From the sequence record PP886230.1: DNA of 64,000 bases; one strand, written 5' to 3'. This document shows positions 17,985-26,303 of the stretch, one piece after another. A model generated the notes under the pieces. It ran no database searches. It had not been told where the DNA came from and saw only the letters and a list, made by a program, of their open reading frames with translations. Positions within the stretch are counted from its first letter, which is position 1. The number at the start of each line of letters is the position of its first letter. Position numbers and translations under genes: made by a program.

Positions 17985-18060
17985 AAGTTTTATTTCAGTA
18001 CTATTGACATAGCTTGATAGTACTGATGTAATAACTTTACTAACTACAAGGGGAAACATA

Positions 18061-18318
18061 ATGGAACAGTTCACACAATATCGGGTAAATCCTCAAGCTA
18101 TGGCCTACGTAGAAGACCATAAAACGTTACCAGTACTGCAACCAGTTAAAGGCCATATCTATCGTGCAATGTCGTGGTGTGCGGCCCAGGATGGCTATAA
18201 AACCGTAGCCGTGGGTATGTACTGCGGTAATGGTGAATGGTTTGATCCAAATAATCCGGTAGCCATTGACAGTACTGAAAAAATGAAATGGGCCGACTAC
18301 ATCGAAGATATTTCATAA
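18061..18318 (+). CDS. hypothetical protein
   Basis: promoter and RBS. Confidence 0.8.
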   Translation: MEQFTQYRVNPQAMAYVEDHKTLPVLQPVKGHIYRAMSWCAAQDGYKTVAVGMYCGNGEWFDPNNPVAIDSTEKMKWADYIEDIS

Positions 18319-18408
18319 AAACTATTTGACAGTACTAACCAGTAATGTATAATGTTTTACATAGAGCGGGGGAATAGTTCTCCCGCCAATAGTTTGGAGT
18401 TAAACATT

Positions 18409-18609
18409 ATGTCTATCGCTATCTCCCTGGTTGAAGTACTGAAAGAAGCTAAAGCCAACCAGATCGACGTAAAGATCCAGGAACTACAAAACGGCTTAAT
18501 CGGCTGTACTTGTACCGCTGGTGGAGCGGCAGACTATCGAGAACACGAATCACTCGAATCACTGGTTCGGTATCTTTCCATGATCGTTGATGATTGGAGA
18601 ATCATCTAA
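18409..18609 (+). CDS. hypothetical early protein
   Basis: promoter cassette; start moved from 18352. Confidence 0.75.
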   Translation: MSIAISLVEVLKEAKANQIDVKIQELQNGLIGCTCTAGGAADYREHESLESLVRYLSMIVDDWRII

Positions 18610-18662
18610 CAAAAAAGAATAAAAAAGGGATTGACTCCGGTCAGTCCCTTTGCTATTATATA

Positions 18663-18705
18663 CGCATAGACAAAAACTAGCCCACAGGGTGCATAGGTGT
18701 ATCCA
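18663..18705 (+). ncRNA. CCC-ANN-GGGTG element
   Basis: motif 18681-18691; same hairpin-promoter upstream. Confidence 0.45.
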
Positions 18706-18853
18706 AAATATATAGTTAATAACGGTGAGTAACTATCTGCTGGTGGAACTAAAACTATTAATAAAAAAGTATTGACAAAGTATATCAGTACTGCGATAAT
18801 GTATCTCGTAGGGCGGCAATGGTGCGACGGCCCACAAAGTTAGGAGATTCAAA

Positions 18854-19186
18854 ATGACTACTTCAATCGCTATCGTTAAAGCTTTCATCCGTACTAATGT
18901 TTCCTCTGTATTCATCGACGGCCTCGACCGTAACGTAGAATACTCAATCATTATCGCACAAACGGCAAACGGTTCTCGGTACATCCTGAATGATAGTGAA
19001 GCAAATCACTACTACTTCACTAAAGCCACTGGCTTTAAACGCATCGATGCTGATGTAGTATACGCTAAGATGAATAAGCTGGTAGATAAGATTAACGCTA
19101 AAGGTACTATAGATTTACAGTACTGGACCGAAACCGATCCAGAGTATGGATCTCACCGCTACCTGAATCCAGGTATCAAAATGTAA
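18854..19186 (+). CDS. hypothetical protein
   Basis: promoter and AGGAG RBS. Confidence 0.8.
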   Translation: MTTSIAIVKAFIRTNVSSVFIDGLDRNVEYSIIIAQTANGSRYILNDSEANHYYFTKATGFKRIDADVVYAKMNKLVDKINAKGTIDLQYWTETDPEYGSHRYLNPGIKM

Positions 19187-19275
19187 AAAGTACTTGCATA
19201 GTACTTAGATTCATGTATAATGTTTTACATAGAGAGGGGGAAATGGTTCTCCCTCCTAAATTAAGGAGTTTTATC

Positions 19276-19677
19276 ATGACCTTCTCAATCAATTCCTTCG
19301 CTGACGTTTTAGTACTGGCCCGGACTTTTGGTAAAGATGCACTGGAGTACGCTGTAAGTAATGGCACTATCCAACCGGAACAGTGCCGCATCATTGGAAA
19401 CTGCAAACGTTGGGCGGTATCCAATACTATTGCACTGGAAAACTTCCACGATGGCAACAATGAATATTCTGTTGATGTAGTATTCGAAGCCGTTGATCTC
19501 GGCGGTATCTATAATACTAACCTGAATGATGTGCGTATCGTTCGCACGGGGTTCGGTGCTTATGATGTATCTATCCGTGAAGCTATGAACACCGGATACA
19601 TTAGCAAGGACTTACTTGCTCACATCATGCAGCTGTGTACGGAACGTAACGAAGCACGTACTATCTTAGGGCTGTAA
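19276..19677 (+). CDS. hypothetical early protein
   Basis: promoter cassette; start moved from 19213. Confidence 0.8.
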   Translation: MTFSINSFADVLVLARTFGKDALEYAVSNGTIQPEQCRIIGNCKRWAVSNTIALENFHDGNNEYSVDVVFEAVDLGGIYNTNLNDVRIVRTGFGAYDVSIREAMNTGYISKDLLAHIMQLCTERNEARTILGL

Positions 19678-19745
19678 GCAATACACATCACCAAACATCA
19701 TAGGCCGCTCTCTAGCGGCCTTAACTATATCAGGAGTACATACAT

Positions 19746-19955
19746 ATGTTCTATACAGTATACAGCGTTCTAGGCACTATTGCAGGCGTACATGATAACG
19801 TCAATGATGCTATGCGTACAGTACTGCAACAGGTTCCACTAAAGCCTAAGACCATTAAGCAGATGACAGCACGACTAACCAGGGCGACGGCTGGCGTGGA
19901 AGTATGGCAGGACTATGGGGATACACAGATAATCGTAAGCGTAACGAAGGATTAA
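19746..19955 (+). CDS. hypothetical protein
   Basis: AGGAG RBS. Confidence 0.75.
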   Translation: MFYTVYSVLGTIAGVHDNVNDAMRTVLQQVPLKPKTIKQMTARLTRATAGVEVWQDYGDTQIIVSVTKD

Positions 19956-20146
19956 TGCGTAAAGGGATTTAGTACTGATTCAGAAAAAAGTCAAGGCGTT
20001 TTTAAAATTATGCGTTAAAAAAATGCATAGGTAATCCCTTGACTTTTTTGAAATAAAAGGGATTGGACTATGGCAAAATGCGTAGGGGGCTAAAGGGCGG
20101 GTAACCTTAGCGACTTCGATAAAGGGGTATTACGAATAAAATGTTA

Positions 20147-20174
20147 TTGATTTTTTATACGAATCGTATATTAT
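20147..20174 (+). promoter_or_regulatory. promoter upstream of the family A array
   Basis: TTGATT-16-TATTAT. Confidence 0.5.
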
Positions 20175-20204
20175 AGGATTGATATTATTTTTAATGGAGT
20201 CCCT

Positions 20205-20402
20205 ATGCGTATTTTAACTAAAGAACAGCACCACGAAAGACTTATCAATAACATGGCTATGATAATGTATAAGTCCCATGACCATGGTATTGCCTATAAG
20301 CGTGAATTAATTATGGCACTATTCATTGGAACTAACTTTCAGGAAAGGTATGTCAACGATTGGATTTGGTATTTAATTGAAGATATAACGAGTAAACTAT
20401 GA
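20205..20402 (+). CDS. family A paralog
   Basis: FIGTNFQE. Confidence 0.85.
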   Translation: MRILTKEQHHERLINNMAMIMYKSHDHGIAYKRELIMALFIGTNFQERYVNDWIWYLIEDITSKL

Positions 20403-20599
20403 AAATGCGTATTTTAAATAAAGAAGAATATCAATCACTGTTACGTAAAAACTTCACAAAGATTTATAATACAGACACACACGTAGAACGAATGGAGTTA
20501 TACCTTTTGATTACTTTGGGAACTAACTATCAGGAAAGATGGGTGATTCAATATATGGATACATTGAAAAATAAAATATTGTCCACGAGGAAACAATGA
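20399..20599 (+). CDS. family A paralog
   Basis: LGTNYQE. Confidence 0.85.
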   Translation: MKMRILNKEEYQSLLRKNFTKIYNTDTHVERMELYLLITLGTNYQERWVIQYMDTLKNKILSTRKQ

Positions 20600-20805
20600 A
20601 AACTATAACACGAACCCAATCATACGGTCTTATCTTGAAATACATGGACTTAATGGTGGATATCAGCAAAGACCTTCCTAAAACTGAAATTGAAGTTGCA
20701 AGAGCAGAGATCCGCATGTTGGCTGTACTGAACACAAACCATCAGGAAGAGTATGTTGACGATTGGATTCGATTTTTAATAGAAGATATTAAGAGTAAAC
20801 TATGA
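20596..20805 (+). CDS. family A paralog
   Basis: LNTNHQE. Confidence 0.85.
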   Translation: MKTITRTQSYGLILKYMDLMVDISKDLPKTEIEVARAEIRMLAVLNTNHQEEYVDDWIRFLIEDIKSKL

Positions 20806-21017
20806 TTATTATAGAAAACTCATATCAATATACTGAACGCATCGCTGCCAGACAACTTGAAATCCTCATAATATACGAAGAGACTTCTGATTTAAACTTA
20901 GCCGAGGTATTGGAAAATGATATACTATTGGGTGCATTCTTAGGAACAGACTATCAGAAGTATTATGAGGAAAAGTATTTGTCATCTCTTGAGAAATATA
21001 TCAGGAGCAAATTATGA
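20802..21017 (+). CDS. family A paralog
   Basis: LGTDYQK. Confidence 0.85.
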   Translation: MIIIENSYQYTERIAARQLEILIIYEETSDLNLAEVLENDILLGAFLGTDYQKYYEEKYLSSLEKYIRSKL

Positions 21018-21226
21018 TTTTTTTAACACCAGAAGAATATAAGAAACGTTTCAATTCCGCACAGGGTGAAATCTTACTTATATACCTTTCAAATGCAGAC
21101 CTTAACTTATCAAGGGTATTAGAAAAAGATTTACTTATGGGTGCATTCCTTGATACAGACTTTCAGGTGTATTATGTAGGGGAATACTTAATTGCACTTC
21201 AGAATTATATCAGGAGTAAACTATGA
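21014..21226 (+). CDS. family A paralog
   Basis: LDTDFQV. Confidence 0.85.
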   Translation: MIFLTPEEYKKRFNSAQGEILLIYLSNADLNLSRVLEKDLLMGAFLDTDFQVYYVGEYLIALQNYIRSKL

Positions 21227-21441
21227 AACATTTAAGTAATTACGAGAAGAATAAAATTATCGTTGCTGCAATAAACAAATATTTTACACTTCCTCACACA
21301 GAAGGTTTATGTGTAAGGGAACACAGGATAAACACCACCGATATACGCATGATGGCTGTACTGGGGACGAACTTTCAGGAAGAGTATGTTGTTGCACACA
21401 TAGTTGCCCTCACTGATCTAATAAGGGACAAATGTAAATGA
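21223..21441 (+). CDS. family A paralog
   Basis: LGTNFQE. Confidence 0.85.
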   Translation: MKHLSNYEKNKIIVAAINKYFTLPHTEGLCVREHRINTTDIRMMAVLGTNFQEEYVVAHIVALTDLIRDKCK

Positions 21442-21695
21442 AACACTTAACTGATGATGAATTTGAAACTATAATTCGTAAACTAACCCCCATCACAAGG
21501 ATAGTCTACGGTGACCCCAGCCTTACATGGAACCAAATGCGAGCTAAAGTTAATGAGCTATGGTTGCTGTACTTTATGGGGACTCAATATCAAGATAAGT
21601 TTTGCACAGAATATATCGAACAATTAACGAATGTTATACAGGATAAACTAGATGATTATTTGCTCACAAAACATGAAGACTTTATCAGGAGTTGA
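21438..21695 (+). CDS. family A paralog
   Basis: MGTQYQD. Confidence 0.85.
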   Translation: MKHLTDDEFETIIRKLTPITRIVYGDPSLTWNQMRAKVNELWLLYFMGTQYQDKFCTEYIEQLTNVIQDKLDDYLLTKHEDFIRS

Positions 21696-21924
21696 GTATC
21701 AAACTGCCCTATTCTCTTTAATCCATACCCTTAGAAAAAACAATGCCTTACATGGTGCACCTGAAGTGGATGTTATCAACGGTGAACTTTATCTTATGAA
21801 ATTCATTGGAACAAACTATCAAGATCTGTTCATTCAACGATACTTATCCGCATTAAGAAACCAAATCCAATATAAAACCATCAAGGCCAAAAAAGAATGG
21901 AATAAACAATGCGACAAAGACTAA
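21673..21924 (+). CDS. family A paralog
   Basis: IGTNYQD. Confidence 0.85.
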   Translation: MKTLSGVEYQTALFSLIHTLRKNNALHGAPEVDVINGELYLMKFIGTNYQDLFIQRYLSALRNQIQYKTIKAKKEWNKQCDKD

Positions 21925-22160
21925 ATCACAAAATGTATTGTAAACTATTGCAGACACTGGCACAGAAACACTATGACACTGTATCTGAAATATTACCCTA
22001 TGATATCATGCGTTTAATTCATAGTGAGGCAGAGATGCTTGTACTGATGACAGGCACTGATAAAAAAGCAATTGCCAAATCAATAGATATGTTCATCGAA
22101 GCACAATGTCAACACATTAGAACCGAGATATGGAGACGAGAGAATGATAACACTAAATGA
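21909..22160 (+). CDS. family A paralog (divergent)
   Basis: MTGTDKK. Confidence 0.75.
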   Translation: MRQRLNHKMYCKLLQTLAQKHYDTVSEILPYDIMRLIHSEAEMLVLMTGTDKKAIAKSIDMFIEAQCQHIRTEIWRRENDNTK

Positions 22161-22359
22161 GTTTCAGTATCATTGGAGGTTACAAACTATCAAATCAAAA
22201 GTGTATAGTATTGTGTTAAACAAATCTATTGCACAAGAGGACAAATGTGTTATAATAGCTGAAATGAAGTTGGGTGCTTTCGTAGGGACAAACTATCAAA
22301 ACATCTACACTGACGTATTGTTAAGTGCCTTACGTAACAAGGTGGTATCCAAAATATGA
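22144..22359 (+). CDS. family A paralog
   Basis: VGTNYQN. Confidence 0.85.
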   Translation: MITLNEFQYHWRLQTIKSKVYSIVLNKSIAQEDKCVIIAEMKLGAFVGTNYQNIYTDVLLSALRNKVVSKI

Positions 22360-22574
22360 GAAATTTACAAGGCTTTGAATACATCAGACTCCTGAAAACA
22401 TGCACCAGCAGAAGGAAAATCTTATCAAGCGATAAGAGCATCCAAGCTAACTTTAAGCACGCACTAGTAACTGAACTCTATGTAGGTGCACTCTTAGGCA
22501 CAAATTATCAACAAATGTATGTAGATCTATGGATTGACGCTCTACAGAAAGAGGTTAAAAGTAAATGCAAATGA
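22356..22574 (+). CDS. family A paralog
   Basis: LGTNYQQ. Confidence 0.85.
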   Translation: MRNLQGFEYIRLLKTCTSRRKILSSDKSIQANFKHALVTELYVGALLGTNYQQMYVDLWIDALQKEVKSKCK

Positions 22575-22783
22575 TTAATTTAAGTAAAGACGAATTTTAT
22601 GTTATACTGGCGAAAACTTATCCAGCACGTAAGGCCGTTTATGATAGTCACATTATTGAACCCTCAAAGAAGTTGATTTTAGTAAATGAGATAAAGATGC
22701 TTTCAGTCTTAGGAACAAACTATCAAGAGAATGCTGTACTGATGTTAATTGATGCCCTCCAGCGAGAGGTTAAACGTAAATGA
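22565..22783 (+). CDS. family A paralog
   Basis: LGTNYQE. Confidence 0.85.
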   Translation: MQMINLSKDEFYVILAKTYPARKAVYDSHIIEPSKKLILVNEIKMLSVLGTNYQENAVLMLIDALQREVKRK

Positions 22784-23010
22784 AAATGATTAATTTAACT
22801 TACCATGAATATCAAAAACGTTTAAATGCATCCAGAGATATAAGGATTCAAATATTCAATAACAAAAGATTGAAGCCTGATATCAGGAAAATCAAAATCA
22901 TAGAAGCCGTGTTGTGCAACTTCCTAGGGACTAACTATCAGGAAGGTAAGGTAGAAAACTATCTTATAGAACTCATGAATAGTATTGAAAATAAATGTAA
23001 GGGTAATTAA
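22780..23010 (+). CDS. family A paralog
   Basis: LGTNYQE. Confidence 0.85.
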   Translation: MKMINLTYHEYQKRLNASRDIRIQIFNNKRLKPDIRKIKIIEAVLCNFLGTNYQEGKVENYLIELMNSIENKCKGN

Positions 23011-23283
23011 CATGAAAATGATTAAATTATCTCAAGCAAAATATAAAGAACGCCTGGTAAAAATTGCACCTGGACTTAATGAAATCCATCACGGAGAAGT
23101 CATTAAACACGGAAATAAGATGATTATGAAACTTGAGTTAAAGGTGGGTGCATTCATAGGAACAAACTATCAGGAGTATTATGTAGATGAATACATAATC
23201 GCACTTAAGAGATACATTGGAAGAAAACTATATCTACAAACTAAAGAATAGTATTGAAAATAAATGTAAGGGTAATTAACATG
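22977..23283 (+). repeat. 38-bp direct repeat at family A gene junctions
   Basis: GAATAGTATTGAAAATAAATGTAAGGGTAATTAACATG at 22977-23014 and 23246-23283. Confidence 0.9.
23012..23251 (+). CDS. family A paralog
   Basis: IGTNYQE. Confidence 0.85.
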   Translation: MKMIKLSQAKYKERLVKIAPGLNEIHHGEVIKHGNKMIMKLELKVGAFIGTNYQEYYVDEYIIALKRYIGRKLYLQTKE

Positions 23284-23544
23284 CAAATGATCAATTTAAG
23301 TAAAGATGAATATACCGAGCGTATGACAAAAATTACGCACAAACGTAATACAATCTATCACAACCCAGAAATTCAACACAGTAAGAAAATGATTATGATG
23401 CGTGAGTTAAAGATGGGTGTATTCTTAGGAACAAACTATCAAGATACAGAAGTAAATCGCTTAATCGCGGAGTTACTACTGGAAATCAGAGGTAAGCTGT
23501 ACTTTCATCAAATGACCCAACCACTGAGGTGTACTAAGAAATGA
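23281..23544 (+). CDS. family A paralog
   Basis: LGTNYQD. Confidence 0.85.
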   Translation: MQMINLSKDEYTERMTKITHKRNTIYHNPEIQHSKKMIMMRELKMGVFLGTNYQDTEVNRLIAELLLEIRGKLYFHQMTQPLRCTKK

Positions 23545-23756
23545 TCAACATCACATTGCAAGAAAGATTCATCCGAATCAACTATGCAATTACCAAATTA
23601 GATGCTACTATAGGATTCCAAAGTCTACCATACAAAACCAGATTGTTATTAGAGTGTGAAGCTAAGTTGGGTGTACTATTAGGGACGCAACACCAACAAC
23701 GATATGTGGAAATCTGGATTGATCTTTTAACCCAGGATGTACATGAGAGAATGTAA
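23541..23756 (+). CDS. family A paralog
   Basis: LGTQHQQ. Confidence 0.85.
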   Translation: MINITLQERFIRINYAITKLDATIGFQSLPYKTRLLLECEAKLGVLLGTQHQQRYVEIWIDLLTQDVHERM

Positions 23757-24011
23757 ATGCAAAATGAAATGATATACTTAACCTATAATGAATACGTCGA
23801 GAGATTAGTTCGTGCCAAGAGATATACCAATAAACGTCCAATTGACCTAAACCAAACCCCTGCCGAAAGGAGTGCAGAAGTTTTATTCCAATCACTACCA
23901 TACCTTCTTGGAACTGATAGACAAGAGGAATATGTTGCACGTATGATTAGATATCTTAAAATCACTATTAAGGAAAAAGTAAATGCAAATGAAATACTTA
24001 ACAGACGATGA
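23757..24011 (+). CDS. family A paralog
   Basis: LGTDRQE. Confidence 0.85.
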   Translation: MQNEMIYLTYNEYVERLVRAKRYTNKRPIDLNQTPAERSAEVLFQSLPYLLGTDRQEEYVARMIRYLKITIKEKVNANEILNRR

Positions 24012-24234
24012 GTTAAAAGAACGACTAATTAAATCCAGAAAACTTACAAATCAACTTCCAAACGACACAAACAAGTCACATGCCGAAAGGAGTGCAGAAG
24101 TTTTATACATTCAACTCATGTACTTTCTTGGCACTGACAGACAAGAGTATTACATTGAAAGTATGCTTCGATATCTTAAATTCTCTATAAAGGAAAAGAT
24201 ACATGCTCAAGAATTTAAAAATCCTAACAGTTAA
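23983..24234 (+). CDS. family A paralog
   Basis: LGTDRQE; close to 23757. Confidence 0.85.
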   Translation: MQMKYLTDDELKERLIKSRKLTNQLPNDTNKSHAERSAEVLYIQLMYFLGTDRQEYYIESMLRYLKFSIKEKIHAQEFKNPNS

Positions 24235-24445
24235 TGAATATCATACGATTGTAATGAAAACTAATAGTGCAATTTCTAAAAAATCAAACCCAAAGTACAT
24301 ACTGGAACACACATTCGAAGAACGTCAATTAGCTTTAGTTGAAGCAAAACTTCTTGCACTCCTAGGAACAAACTATCAAGAAGAATACATCAGAAAACTA
24401 ATATACCTTTTAACTAAACATATAAGAAAAAGAAAAAATGCATGA
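24203..24445 (+). CDS. family A paralog
   Basis: LGTNYQE. Confidence 0.85.
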   Translation: MLKNLKILTVNEYHTIVMKTNSAISKKSNPKYILEHTFEERQLALVEAKLLALLGTNYQEEYIRKLIYLLTKHIRKRKNA

Positions 24446-24672
24446 AACACTTGACAGATGATGAACATGGGCTTATAGTAATGGATGTAATCAACATCGA
24501 ATACAAAAAGTTGATACGCTACCGTTGTTATGAAGATAAGCAACTCGTTCTAGCAGAACAGAAGTTGTTTCGACTCTTAAACACAAACTACCAAGCACAA
24601 TACGAAGAATCGTATATGTACCTTTTGGCGAGGAAAGCAAAAAGAGATTATGAAAATTTTAAGCGAAGGTGA
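24442..24672 (+). CDS. family A paralog
   Basis: LNTNYQA. Confidence 0.85.
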   Translation: MKHLTDDEHGLIVMDVINIEYKKLIRYRCYEDKQLVLAEQKLFRLLNTNYQAQYEESYMYLLARKAKRDYENFKRR

Positions 24673-24865
24673 TTCAGTAATATTACTTATAGAGAATGCA
24701 AGTAAATTCTTAAACATAACACTGTCTGATATAGATGATGATGACAAAGAAGTACTTAGAGCCGATTTAAGAGTTCTTTTATATGTTGGAACTAACTTAC
24801 AAGAGCAATACATTGAGGACTACATCAATGAACTTAAAGAATCAGTACTGAGAAAATGCAAATGA
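24650..24865 (+). CDS. family A paralog
   Basis: VGTNLQE. Confidence 0.85.
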   Translation: MKILSEGDSVILLIENASKFLNITLSDIDDDDKEVLRADLRVLLYVGTNLQEQYIEDYINELKESVLRKCK

Positions 24866-25095
24866 AAATCATTACAGAAGAAGAATACCTAACAATCATA
24901 AATGGACTGTTTTTGAAGTTATTTGCCATTAACACATCAAAACTACCAGATACTGATAAAATCATTAAGTTAAATGAAATCTACGTTCAAGCTACTCTAG
25001 GAACTAACTATCAAGAAGCCAATGTGTATAATTACATTAATACACTCAAAAGGGTAATACAATTAAAATGCACAAACATATACACAAACCCCTAG
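24856..25095 (+). CDS. family A paralog
   Basis: LGTNYQE. Confidence 0.85.
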   Translation: MQMKIITEEEYLTIINGLFLKLFAINTSKLPDTDKIIKLNEIYVQATLGTNYQEANVYNYINTLKRVIQLKCTNIYTNP

Positions 25096-25295
25096 GAACA
25101 GCAGAATACATTGAACTCATGGGATTACACTTCTCATCCTTTAAGAAACTGATGCAAGAATCAAATAATGATTTAGAATATCACATCAAAAGTTCAGATT
25201 TAAGATTGCTACTCACTCTAGGAACAGATTCCCAAGAGCGATTTGTCAATGAGCATATTAGAGCACTTTTAAATGGCATCAGGAATAAACTATGA
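25068..25295 (+). CDS. family A paralog
   Basis: LGTDSQE. Confidence 0.85.
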   Translation: MHKHIHKPLGTAEYIELMGLHFSSFKKLMQESNNDLEYHIKSSDLRLLLTLGTDSQERFVNEHIRALLNGIRNKL

Positions 25296-25507
25296 AGGAA
25301 ATATCAAATCAAGAGTACTTGGCACTATTCAGGAAGAATAATCACAAATATATGGCACTTGATTCAAGAACTGATATAAGTGAACTTGAAAAAAATCTTT
25401 TGCGTTCAGATATGATAGTACTGACACTCTTAGGAACACAGCATCAAGAGAGAACTGTTAATTCACACATAGGGATTCTTATGCAGATAGTACAGGAAAA
25501 GATATGA
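25292..25507 (+). CDS. family A paralog
   Basis: LGTQHQE. Confidence 0.85.
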   Translation: MKEISNQEYLALFRKNNHKYMALDSRTDISELEKNLLRSDMIVLTLLGTQHQERTVNSHIGILMQIVQEKI

Positions 25508-25725
25508 TAATCATAACACAACAAGATATTCTTAAGTTCACAAGGGTTCATGCATCTGAATTTGATGCTATATTATCAAAAAGTTACAACAACCCTTATA
25601 CACAAGATGTACATTACAGTGAATTATGGATGTATATACTTTTAGGTACAAATAAACAAGAGCAAGCAGTACAGAAGTATTTGACAGCTTTACGTGATGC
25701 TACTGCTAATGGAGTACATGTTTAA
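25504..25725 (+). CDS. family A paralog
   Basis: LGTNKQE. Confidence 0.85.
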   Translation: MIIITQQDILKFTRVHASEFDAILSKSYNNPYTQDVHYSELWMYILLGTNKQEQAVQKYLTALRDATANGVHV

Positions 25726-25726
25726 T

Positions 25727-25969
25727 ATGAAAGTACTGACAGAACTAGAAATGTATCATAGATTTAATAAGTACTATCATTTACTTAAGCCTATACAGAG
25801 GATTAAATGTCCATTTGAAGAGAAACAGGTTTTAATCTATGAGCACAAGTTCTTTGTATCATTAGGTACAGATCAACAAGAGTACTATTTGACGTTGTAC
25901 TTGATTACATTAATAGATTTAATTCACTATAAAACAAAACAAGCTAATAAAGAGAAATATGAAAACTAA
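25727..25969 (+). CDS. family A paralog
   Basis: LGTDQQE. Confidence 0.85.
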   Translation: MKVLTELEMYHRFNKYYHLLKPIQRIKCPFEEKQVLIYEHKFFVSLGTDQQEYYLTLYLITLIDLIHYKTKQANKEKYEN

Positions 25970-26303
25970 TATACAACTCAAGGTATATAAATCATTTGAA
26001 CATACATATATCAAAAGTAGTCTATGTAGAGATGTAATGGATTACAAGGGTAAGCCATTCACAATTACCTATGATTCTTATGTTAGTGATTTATATATAT
26101 CATTTGTTAATTACGAAAATAAAATATACAAGCACGTTGATATTAAAGATTTAAGTACTTTATCTGAAGAGGAATACTTTCAGGAATCATTAGTATGGGA
26201 TTTAGAGTTTCCTATGCCATTAGTACATAAGATGATAGTACTAATGAAAGAATCTAAACAGGAGCCTAATGGTGATTATGAAGAACACACAGTTGAGTAT
26301 TAA
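25959..26303 (+). CDS. family B paralog
   Basis: EEEYFQESLVWD. Confidence 0.85.
   Translation: MKTNIQLKVYKSFEHTYIKSSLCRDVMDYKGKPFTITYDSYVSDLYISFVNYENKIYKHVDIKDLSTLSEEEYFQESLVWDLEFPMPLVHKMIVLMKESKQEPNGDYEEHTVEY

Larger units (their letters stand above)
366..19240 (+). promoter_or_regulatory. about 45 sigma70-type early promoters, consensus AAAAGTAC-TTG(C/A)(A/C)A-N16(17)-TATAAT-GTTTTACAT
   Basis: e.g. -35 at 1642, 2102, 2785, 3345, 4148, 4403, 5902, 6735, 7054, 8879, 9910, 12646, 14655; most are followed by a GGGAA/TTCCC or GGGAGA/TCTCCC hairpin and an RBS. Confidence 0.9.

Noticed and set aside
1668-19213. ORF-track starts such as MFYIESG... (1668, 6761, 8675, 18352, 19213) suggesting a shared N-terminal peptide
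   Set aside because: The ATG is part of the promoter (TATAATGTTTTAC), upstream of the transcription start; true starts follow the downstream RBS.
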